From: Bythopirellula sp.
Lineage (GTDB): Bacteria > Planctomycetota > Planctomycetia > Pirellulales > Lacipirellulaceae
DNA length: 64,000 nt
Direction of reading: 5' to 3'
Assembly: GCA_965216565.1 (NCBI GenBank)
Contig: OZ244170.1
Span: 4,768,001-4,832,000, forward strand
Of this stretch, positions 28,976 through 36,466 are shown piece after piece. The notes under the pieces are model-generated. The model had not been told where the DNA came from and did no database searches. It saw nothing but the letters and a program-made list of their open reading frames with translations. How positions within the stretch are numbered: the first letter of the stretch is position 1; every line of letters starts with the position of its first letter. Both the position numbers and the translations under genes were made by a program.

Positions 28976-30374
28976 GGGGCTCGGCTCCTCGTTGGCTGGC
29001 GCCGTCGATGCGATAGGTGGCTGTGGTAAGTGGGTGAATCCCCAGGGTGCCGGTCCAAGTTTCGTAGGGGCGTCCGCTGCGTTCGTCGTCCTTGAAGAAC
29101 GCCAGGTAACTCATGGTATCCGCGGAGATGAACTCATGCTCACGCGGCGCGAAGCGTGTTTGTTCGTAAACTCTCCTCCATGTGCCGGCATTGAAGTAGG
29201 CCTGGTGCAACACGAACCCGTCGGCATGGCTGGCATCCAGCGGAACGACTTCCGCACGGTGCGTGTGTCCATAAACGATATGCCGAGCCCGCCGATTGCG
29301 GAAGTCCTGTTCGGTTAAGGCATGTTCAAAAAACGAGCCGGTCTTGGCCCCCCGTAGTTCCGCCATCCACATCGCAATCCAGCTGGCCCAACCTACGGAG
29401 AGCCGGCGACTGAATTTCAACGCCTTTTGCAGTCCGTCGACAATATCTACCGGGCACCAGGTATCGCGCCGCCGCACAAAGGGGTGGTCGAGAAACTCAT
29501 CGGCCAGTTCGTCCCAGATGCGTTTCACTTCTTTGCGAAGTGAGGGATGCGGGCAACTTCGTTCCAACAGGCCGTCAATCCAAACGGGAATCAACAGCAG
29601 CGGACGGATGTTGTCGATCTCTCGCAGGCCACGTAGGGCAGAGGCCGGTAGCTCGTCGGCGAGTTGTTCGCTCACTTGCCGCCCGAACCGATTCAGCAGT
29701 TCCACGACGATCACATCGCCCAAGCTACTGGCGTCTCGATCGCCCTCGTAATTGAAGGGGTCGTAGACATCGCCGTGACGCGCGAACACTTTGTGCTTCC
29801 GCATCACCTGCACTAGCTCATTGCTTTCCCAAGCCTCGTGTGGGAAAGGTGCGTCGGCGTACGTCGTGAGACCCATGTGGGCCACAAGTTGCCGGCGCAG
29901 GCGGTTGTAATTTTCTCCTGGCAGATGAAAGAACCAGTCGTGATTCCCTACCATATAGTGAATTTTTACCGGCACAGGTTCCAGTTGCCCTGCGGCAGCT
30001 TTGCCTTCGCGCGTCGCCGGCGGCAACGCGATTCCTTGGTTCGCCAATTGGCGGAAGTGCGAGAAGGAGGGCTCATTCACGCGGAGAATATCGCCAGTGA
30101 TCTGCGATACGGTTTCGAAGAGTGCGGCATTCTTGGTGTCGTCCCAGGGGCGTTTCTGACCCCCTAGCCATTGGGTGGAACGAACCACATCAATCACATC
30201 ACCAAGCAACACCAGGTCGACGCGATCCACAGGTCGGTAGGAACCGTCCCGCCTCTTGGAAGCGCTGCGGGCCAAATCGGCGAGCCGTTCTCGCAATAGT
30301 TCGAAGGCACCTGGAGAGATGGTCGAACCACTCGTCCCGTCGGTGAGATGTAAGTCGCTAATGATTACCAGCAT
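28869..30374 (-). CDS. Calcineurin-like metallophosphoesterase
   Basis: ISDLHL, LLGDVID, VGNHD, RHGD, YGHTH and NAGTW motifs. Confidence 0.9.
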   Translation of the reverse strand: MLVIISDLHLTDGTSGSTISPGAFELLRERLADLARSASKRRDGSYRPVDRVDLVLLGDVIDVVRSTQWLGGQKRPWDDTKNAALFETVSQITGDILRVNEPSFSHFRQLANQGIALPPATREGKAAAGQLEPVPVKIHYMVGNHDWFFHLPGENYNRLRRQLVAHMGLTTYADAPFPHEAWESNELVQVMRKHKVFARHGDVYDPFNYEGDRDASSLGDVIVVELLNRFGRQVSEQLADELPASALRGLREIDNIRPLLLIPVWIDGLLERSCPHPSLRKEVKRIWDELADEFLDHPFVRRRDTWCPVDIVDGLQKALKFSRRLSVGWASWIAMWMAELRGAKTGSFFEHALTEQDFRNRRARHIVYGHTHRAEVVPLDASHADGFVLHQAYFNAGTWRRVYEQTRFAPREHEFISADTMSYLAFFKDDERSGRPYETWTGTLGIHPLTTATYRIDGASQRGAEPHAHGQPISTPGVPARAPHFAVPIAPGSISHNPIVG

Positions 30375-30526
30375 GGCTCTGGCTCTTGTGTGAGAATAAA
30401 ACCTTTCTGCGCACTAGTGCCCCTCCGGGAGCGCGTGGCATCTTCTACGACTGTGATCGGATAGACATCAGGTAAAGGTTGAGGATTATTCGGATTGCAA
30501 CGGAATCGCCGCTTAGCCGGCGCATG

Positions 30527-30565
30527 AAAAACCACCTGCTAGCTCTGGGGGAACTAGCAGGTGGC
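30527..30565 (-). terminator. Rho-independent terminator of the 30630-30869 gene, with a C-rich loop
   Basis: Minus strand reads CCACCTGCTAG-TTCCCCCAGAG-CTAGCAGGTGG-TTTTT. Confidence 0.85.
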
Positions 30566-30629
30566 TAGGCTTGTCCGTGTCCCGCACACACTCACACGGA
30601 CGGCTTATTGGGTAAGGAAATTCAGGTGC

Positions 30630-30869
30630 TTACCAAACGTAGACACCAGTTCCGTAGTACACAGGGGCCGGAGCGGCGTAGACCACTGGGGTACGATACA
30701 CAGGGCCTGCTACTACGCGTCGTGCAACGGGGTATGGAGGCAAGACGGTTCGAGCGACAGCCCGACGAACAGGTGCTCGGCGGCGAATCACCCAGGCGTC
30801 GGCGTCTTGAGCCGCGGTGAAACTGAACATTCCGATAACTGCCAGCGAGAGTAGTACTTTCTTAAACAT
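30630..30869 (-). CDS. Small secreted Arg/Pro/Val/Tyr-rich protein (79 aa)
   Basis: RBS AAGGAG; signal peptide MFKKVLLSLAVIGMFSFTAAQDADA; mature part has PVY/PVV repeats and ends GVYVW. It has its own promoter and terminator. Confidence 0.85.
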   Translation of the reverse strand: MFKKVLLSLAVIGMFSFTAAQDADAWVIRRRAPVRRAVARTVLPPYPVARRVVAGPVYRTPVVYAAPAPVYYGTGVYVW

Positions 30870-30947
30870 GATGGGTCTCCTTTTCTTGTCCCCCAGCGGC
30901 GATTGGACGTGTGGTTTGTTGATGGGCCGCTTCTGAGTAAGAACTAA

Positions 30948-30963
30948 TGCATTCACCGTGCCA
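30948..30963 (-). promoter_or_regulatory. Sigma-54 (-24/-12) promoter
   Basis: Minus strand TGGCACGGTGAATGCA matches TGGCACG-N4-(T)TGCA with GG-N10-GC spacing, about 80 nt upstream of the start codon. Confidence 0.8.
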
Positions 30964-31125
30964 ATTGATCTAGAATGGACTGTAAATTGTTTGATAATAA
31001 TAAGTTACGGCCATTTTTGCGTCTCTGGCGATTGGGCAATTGGCTCGGAATGACACCATTATGAGCACACTTGATTCCAATAATGAGTCGTCGATTATGC
31101 GGCGCTAAGCAAGGGGTGGGGGGCC

Positions 31126-31182
31126 AAAGAAAAAGGCTCCCTGCTTTGCATTTTGGGGGGGAGGCATGCAAAACAGGAAGCC
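31126..31182 (-). terminator. Rho-independent terminator of the Gly/Tyr-rich gene, with a C-rich loop
   Basis: Minus strand GGCTTCCTGTTTTGCAT-GCCTCCCCCCCAAA-ATGCAAAGCAGGGAGCC-TTTTTCTTT; 17-bp stem with G-U pairs. Confidence 0.85.
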
Positions 31183-31209
31183 AGGGGGCAAATCTTGCTT
31201 GAGATGGCA

Positions 31210-31491
31210 TTAGAAGCCGAAGGACAGCGAGATCCCACTTCCGCCACGATAATAGCGGGAACCACCATAGTAGCCAGGTCCACCGTGGTAGTAGCTAGGG
31301 CCACCGTAGTAGCGAGCACTACGGTAGTAGCTGGGTCCACCGCGATAATAACCGCCACCGCCGTAGTAGGCTCCATAGCCGCCGCCATAGCCACCGCCGC
31401 GATAACACCGGCCCGCCTGGGCTTCTGAGCCATTGCTGACGATGAATGACGCACCAACAACTGCCAGAACGAGTAACATCTTTCGCATCAT
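31210..31491 (-). CDS. Small secreted Gly/Tyr-rich protein (93 aa)
   Basis: RBS AAGGAG; signal peptide ending EAQA; YYxGGPxY repeats; ends ISLSFGF. Confidence 0.87.
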   Translation of the reverse strand: MMRKMLLVLAVVGASFIVSNGSEAQAGRCYRGGGYGGGYGAYYGGGGYYRGGPSYYRSARYYGGPSYYHGGPGYYGGSRYYRGGSGISLSFGF

Positions 31492-31590
31492 ATCTGTCTC
31501 CTTGGAGCCAATCGGGCTCCGCTTACTTTGGGGAGGGGAATCTACGGCCAGCTGCTGTCAATTCCCTGCTCGCTAGCCAGGGGACTTAAT

Positions 31591-31606
31591 TGCACGACCC
31601 GTGCCA
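31591..31606 (-). promoter_or_regulatory. Sigma-54 (-24/-12) promoter
   Basis: Minus strand TGGCACGGGTCGTGCA, GG-N10-GC, about 100 nt upstream of the start codon. Confidence 0.8.
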
Positions 31607-31875
31607 GTCTTGTCAGAAAATCTCGTAAGACACTGATACATAGGTCTTTAGGACGAATCTGATGCCAAGCTAGCCTTGATCGGGAATATGAATAATGCCC
31701 TCGCCGTGACGACAAGTGTGGTCAATTGGGCCACGCTTCGAGAGGTGTAAACTATTGCCTGAAAAGGGTTTAAGCTTTTCTGGTTGTCGTCGTGCTATTG
31801 GATACTGAAGAGCTAACGGTGGGTGAAAGCGGTTGGAATAGGGCGAGATCAAGGAATACCAATGCCGCCAACTTT

Positions 31876-31891
31876 CGGCACGGGCTTTGCA
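31876..31891 (+). promoter_or_regulatory. Sigma-54 (-24/-12) promoter, divergent
   Basis: CGGCACGGGCTTTGCA, near-consensus YGGCACG-N4-TTGCA. Confidence 0.8.
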
Positions 31892-31901
31892 TTATTTACA
31901 A

Positions 31902-32150
31902 GCAGAGCCGACAGGCAGTGCAGATTCCATTTGAAGAGGCAAACGACGATGGGGTCGGAACACAGAAGAGGTAGCACTGGGGTCGGACACAAAGAGGCAG
32001 AAGCAGAGAGGCCCTTAACTCTATAAATGACAACAACATCTGACGACTATTCCCTCCCCATTAGTCGCTTTATGTCGCTGTCAAAAGGGTCTAAGCCACG
32101 CAGGCGAGTCAGGGTGCTAGACGGAGAACCTTGGCTCGCCTGTTGCTTTT
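31902..32150 (+). ncRNA. Candidate sigma-54-dependent structured small RNA (~250 nt)
   Basis: Bracketed by a promoter and a terminator. Contains TGGGGTCGGA(A)CACA repeats, four AGAGG motifs and a three-segment hairpin (32009-32092) with loop TTCCCTCCCCAT. No convincing CDS. Confidence 0.6.
32101..32150 (+). terminator. Terminator hairpin closing the candidate sRNA
   Basis: CAGGCGAGTCAGGGT (32101-32115) pairs with ACCTTGGCTCGCCTG (32128-32142), 15 bp with 2 G-U pairs, followed by TTGCTTTT. Confidence 0.75.
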
Positions 32151-32404
32151 GAAGTGTATTAGAATCACGCAGGTGTTCGATTCCGATACAGTCAGTTCTG
32201 CCCAGGCGTCAATTTGGCACGCTGGATGGGAGGCTCTAAAAAAAATTCTGGCTCCAAAGCTCGCGGCGTTCTGCTGTGAAAATAGGTTGGATTCCCACCT
32301 AAAATCGTGCAACTACTCTCGTGATGAGTGGTTTAATAAAATGTGCGAGCATCGCGATCCCTCAGGTCCTTCACCCTCCATTATTTCTAGGGCATCCTAA
32401 AAGC

Positions 32405-34228
32405 ATGGCTAGACCGGCATTTGAAACTCGCGGTATTCGGCCCTGGTTGGTGATTCCTTTCAATTGGGCCTTGTTCGCTGTTTTTACGTCCGGCTTCCAA
32501 TCGTCCATTGCAGCGGAACCACAAACTTCCGGTCAAAGTAACGATCACACATACGAGCAGATCATCGAGCGAATTGATCAGCTCATCGAGCAAGGTTGGC
32601 TAGACAACGACCTCAGGCCTTCTAAAGAAGCCAGCGATGCCGAGTGGTGTCGGCGAGTTTATCTTGATGTCATAGGGCGGGTACCAACAGTCAAAGAACT
32701 GCGCACCTACGTTTCGCAACGAGGGCTCGATAAACGACGCGCATTGGTCGATCGGTTGCTGGGTAGCCAGTACAGCGAGGAATACGTTCGCCATTGGACT
32801 AGCTATTGGACCAATGCATTAATTGGACGGACCGGTGGTCGCGAGCGTCGCTCGATCACCAATCGCCCGTCGATGGAAAGCTATCTCAGTGAATCACTCG
32901 CCGAGAACAAGCCTTACGACGTCCTCGTCGAGGAACTGCTGACCGCCACTGGCGGGGCCTACCCCGAAGCAGAGGACTTCAACGGAGCAGTTAACTTCTT
33001 GGTCGAAAAGATGGACGAGAACGGCGTCCAAGCCACGGCCAAGACGGCAGAAATTTTTCTCGGCACCGCAGTGCAGTGTACCCAGTGCCACAATCATCCG
33101 TTTAACGAGTACCGTCAGAATCAGTTTTGGGAACTCAATGCTTTCTTCCGTCAAACGCGCGTAGCACGCGAGCGGGACGATGACGATAACCGCCGACTTG
33201 GCAGCTTGGTGAATGTCAATTTTGCAGGCGAAGGACGAAGTTCCATATCCGACGATCGCCGCGAGATCTTCTTGGAGATGCGAAACGGCAAGCTAGTCGA
33301 TTCCGAGCAGGCCGCTCAACTCGAAGCCCCCCTTTACTACGAACTCCGTAATGGCCAGGTGCGTGTCGCTTATCCCGTGTTTGTCGACGGCACCACTCTC
33401 AAAGAAGTGCTTGAAGAGCGAGATTCCCCCTACGGCAACAGTGGCGTGCTGGATCACGTCGACCGTCGAGCGGAGCTGGCCAGGCTGGTTGTTTCCGATC
33501 GGCAATTCGATCGAGCATTGGTCAACCGCTTGTGGGCCTACTTTTTTGGGCATGGGTTTACCAAACCCTTCGACGACATGGGTCCTCACAACCCCGAGTC
33601 GCATCCCGAGTTGATCGAGGAATTGGGTTTAGCGTTTCGCAATTCAGCCTTCGACCTGAAATCCGCTATTCGCTGGATCGTACTGAGCCGCCCTTATGCT
33701 TTGACGAGCCGCTATTCCCGTGGCAACCAAGCCGACGAACCTACCGAGGGCGTTACGCCACAGTTCAGTCGCTTTTATGTACGACAGATGCAGCCCGAGC
33801 AGCTTTATGAATCGTTACTGGTGGCAACAGCTGCGGAAGCCACGGTCGATGCGGAGCGTCGCGAGGGGATGAAGGATCGCTGGTTGCGGCAGTTCTCGAC
33901 TGCATTCGGAACAGACGACAATTCTGAGTCGTCCAGTTTCAATGGCTCGATTACCCAAGTCCTAACGATGATGAATGGCGACTTGATCGAACGGGCCTGC
34001 AGCACCGGAAACGGAAGTTTTTTAGATCGCGTTGCCAATGACAGTAGCCTTTCGAATCGAGAGAAGATTCAACACTTGTACCAGGCCGGACTGTCTCGGT
34101 TGCCTTCCAAAGAAGAGACAAATCTTTGCAATCAGCTCTTGGTCTCACGTCGTGGCGACGTGGTAGGCAGTTTGCAAGACATTTGGTGGGCGGTGCTTAA
34201 TAGTAACGAGTTTATTTTGATCCATTGA
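32405..34228 (+). CDS. DUF1549/DUF1553 (PSCyt2/PSD1) domain protein
   Basis: WCRRVYLDVIGRVPT, NKPYD, FLGTAVQCTQCHNHPF, VNRLWAYFFGHG and WAVLNSNEF. Start uncertain. Confidence 0.92.
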   Translation: MARPAFETRGIRPWLVIPFNWALFAVFTSGFQSSIAAEPQTSGQSNDHTYEQIIERIDQLIEQGWLDNDLRPSKEASDAEWCRRVYLDVIGRVPTVKELRTYVSQRGLDKRRALVDRLLGSQYSEEYVRHWTSYWTNALIGRTGGRERRSITNRPSMESYLSESLAENKPYDVLVEELLTATGGAYPEAEDFNGAVNFLVEKMDENGVQATAKTAEIFLGTAVQCTQCHNHPFNEYRQNQFWELNAFFRQTRVARERDDDDNRRLGSLVNVNFAGEGRSSISDDRREIFLEMRNGKLVDSEQAAQLEAPLYYELRNGQVRVAYPVFVDGTTLKEVLEERDSPYGNSGVLDHVDRRAELARLVVSDRQFDRALVNRLWAYFFGHGFTKPFDDMGPHNPESHPELIEELGLAFRNSAFDLKSAIRWIVLSRPYALTSRYSRGNQADEPTEGVTPQFSRFYVRQMQPEQLYESLLVATAAEATVDAERREGMKDRWLRQFSTAFGTDDNSESSSFNGSITQVLTMMNGDLIERACSTGNGSFLDRVANDSSLSNREKIQHLYQAGLSRLPSKEETNLCNQLLVSRRGDVVGSLQDIWWAVLNSNEFILIH

Positions 34229-34300
34229 GTGGGTGTTCTTTGTCAGTTGTTAGTTGATCGTTGTCAGCCGTGCTGCTACGCAGCACAAGGATCCCGAGCC

Positions 34301-35566
34301 ATGAATAGTCTTATCACCCCCCGCGGCATGAACCGCCGACACTTCATTTCGCACCTGGCAGGATCAGCAGCCTTGGCATTGCCGGCGTTTAGCTTGACGC
34401 GTGCCCTCACGGCCAACGCTGCGACTCTCAAGGGCAATCATAAGTCGTGCATCTTGCTGTGGATGGGTGGCGGTCCGCCTTCGATCGACATGTGGGATAT
34501 GAAACCGGGTGCAGCGACGGGCGGGCCGTTCAAGGCCATTGGCACCACCGGCGAGGGGCAGATCAACGAGCAACTCCCCAAGGTTGCCGAGCAGATGAAG
34601 CACCTATCCATCGTCCGATCAATGAGCACCCGCGAGGCAGATCACGAGCGCGGTCGCTATTACATGCACACGGGCTATGTGCCCAATCCCAATGTGGAAC
34701 ACCCCAGCTATGGCTCGGTGGTGTCTCACGAACTGGAACATCAACTCGGCAATTTAGAGATTCCCCCCTTCGTGTCGATTGGCGGACCGAGCGAAGGGCC
34801 CGGCTTTCTCGGAATGGCTTACGCGCCATTCCAAGTTGATTCGAACGGTCGCGTTCGAGATGCCAAGGCGACCGTCTCCCAGGGCCGGATGAAGGATCGT
34901 ATGAAGGTGCTCGAAGTACTCGAAAAGCGTTTCATCCGGGAAGATCGAGGACCCGCGGCTGCGGAGCATGCAAAAGTGCTCGACAACACGCTTGCCATGA
35001 TGACGAGCCAACAAATGGCGGCCTTCAATGTGCAGCAGGAGGACCAAGGGGCGAAAGAACGATATGGCGAGAATAACTTTGGTCGTAGCTGCTTGATGGC
35101 TCGGCGACTCGTGGAAACCGGAGTTCCCTTCGTCGAAGTCAATTTCGGGGGATGGGATCTGCACCAGAATTGTTTCGATCAGCTCGGCACCAAGCTGCCA
35201 CAGCTAGACACGGCGATGAGCGCATTGGTCGATGATTTGAATCAACGGGGTCTCTTGGACGATACCATCGTGCTGTGGATGGGTGAGTTTGGCCGAACTC
35301 CCCGAATCAATGCCAATGCCGGGCGCGATCATTGGGCGCGAAGCTGGAGTGTGGTGGTTGGTGGAGGCGGCATCGCCGGTGGTCGGGTTGTGGGAGCAAC
35401 CAACGAAGACGGCACCCGAGTAACAACCGAGCCCTACAGCTCGGAGGACCTTATGGCCACGGTTTGCCAGGCAATGGGCATCTCGCTGCAGACGAACTTT
35501 ACCGCTTCCAATGGCCGTCCCATGAAAATTGCCGGCGGTGGTAAGGTGATTGCTGATTTGCTGTGA
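34301..35566 (+). CDS. DUF1501 domain protein (Tat-exported)
   Basis: MNRRHF Tat motif, ILLWMGGGP..DMWDMKP, CLMARRLVE.GV.FV, WDLH and GEFGRTP..N..GRDHW. Confidence 0.95.
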   Translation: MNSLITPRGMNRRHFISHLAGSAALALPAFSLTRALTANAATLKGNHKSCILLWMGGGPPSIDMWDMKPGAATGGPFKAIGTTGEGQINEQLPKVAEQMKHLSIVRSMSTREADHERGRYYMHTGYVPNPNVEHPSYGSVVSHELEHQLGNLEIPPFVSIGGPSEGPGFLGMAYAPFQVDSNGRVRDAKATVSQGRMKDRMKVLEVLEKRFIREDRGPAAAEHAKVLDNTLAMMTSQQMAAFNVQQEDQGAKERYGENNFGRSCLMARRLVETGVPFVEVNFGGWDLHQNCFDQLGTKLPQLDTAMSALVDDLNQRGLLDDTIVLWMGEFGRTPRINANAGRDHWARSWSVVVGGGGIAGGRVVGATNEDGTRVTTEPYSSEDLMATVCQAMGISLQTNFTASNGRPMKIAGGGKVIADLL

Positions 35567-35767
35567 TAAGCGGATTGGCTCCTATTTCAAAGTGGTTCAC
35601 ATTTACTTCGAAGTAATAGGGGCAGGCACGAGTAAACAGCGGGAGCTGAGGTTCCGTCCGTTGCCGCGCGTCGAGCCAGTGGCTACTTCTTCGACTCGTG
35701 AGATAGCGCAGTGGCCTATCTTCGTCTGATCCCTGGGTATTGAATCTCTCGTTTCCCTCATCCCGAC

Positions 35768-36424
35768 TCAATAAGAGAACATCTCTTCCATCGCCTGCGC
35801 GATGAGTTGTGGGTTTCCGAGCATGTGCGAGAGTGTGATGCTCATCAAGATGATGGCAATCAGAACAATACCGAGCGCGCGGGGATTGGAATGGACACGG
35901 AGTGGCATCAATCCGCGATTGAGTTCGCCGGCCAATTGTCTCCAGCCAGCCAAGTTCTGCTGACTCCCACTGGCTACCAGCGAGACGTTGCGCATGATTT
36001 CGAAAGTTTCGACATGGAGTTGCACCCCCAGCGTGGGGAGCGAAAGATTGTCTCCCGCCCAGCGAGCCTGAGGATCCATGGAACGGGCCGTTTCGGACAG
36101 GATGGGTCGCAACTCTTCGCCGCTGATATTGTAGATCACTAGTCGTGGGCGGCCCAACATGATCGTCAACCACAAGCTTAGCCAGTAGAGCACCAGCAGC
36201 ATGAGCAGCACATAGTTGCCAAATTCAGTAGTGGCCCGTTCGGGACGGAACAATTCGATTGGTCCGACGAGCACAAGGCCCGTGAGGGCCACGCCCAAGG
36301 CGGCTAGGTCGGCACCTCCGGTTGTGAGAAATGGTCGACGACGTGCATTGAGAATTCCCAACACCAGGCAGTAAGCCACCAGAGGTACTAAAGCAATTGC
36401 TAGGCGTAGGGGGTCGGGCACCAT
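35768..36424 (-). CDS. Hypothetical membrane protein
   Basis: 218 aa with about 4 TM segments; last gene of a three-gene minus-strand run. Confidence 0.78.
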   Translation of the reverse strand: MVPDPLRLAIALVPLVAYCLVLGILNARRRPFLTTGGADLAALGVALTGLVLVGPIELFRPERATTEFGNYVLLMLLVLYWLSLWLTIMLGRPRLVIYNISGEELRPILSETARSMDPQARWAGDNLSLPTLGVQLHVETFEIMRNVSLVASGSQQNLAGWRQLAGELNRGLMPLRVHSNPRALGIVLIAIILMSITLSHMLGNPQLIAQAMEEMFSY

Positions 36425-36466
36425 ATGGCTTTGTCTCTCGATCTCTGCTCACGAAAAGGTCGTGAG

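Noticed and set aside
30630..31491. RiPP precursor peptides
   Set aside because: They have ordinary Sec signal peptides, and no modifying enzymes or dedicated transporter lie nearby.
31708..31791. GACGACAA/TTGTCGTC inverted pair as the enhancer for the divergent sigma-54 promoters
   Set aside because: Plausible position, but only 8 bp with 68-nt spacing; not distinguishable from chance without comparative data.
31950..31997. Direct repeats as a mini-CRISPR array
   Set aside because: Only two imperfect ~20-nt copies 6 nt apart, no spacer-length gaps and no cas genes.
31902..32150. 6S RNA, tmRNA, RNase P or SRP identity for the candidate RNA
   Set aside because: No 5'-3' closing rod with a central symmetric bubble, no tRNA-like ends, and no RNase P or SRP consensus motifs seen. 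A cmscan is still needed.
31949..32152. Short ORFs inside the candidate RNA (MGSEHRR.., 25 aa; MTTTSDDY..WLACCF, 41 aa)
   Set aside because: Their composition is dictated by the repeats and hairpins, and the second has no well-spaced RBS and runs through the terminator. A dual-function RNA cannot be fully excluded without Ribo-seq.
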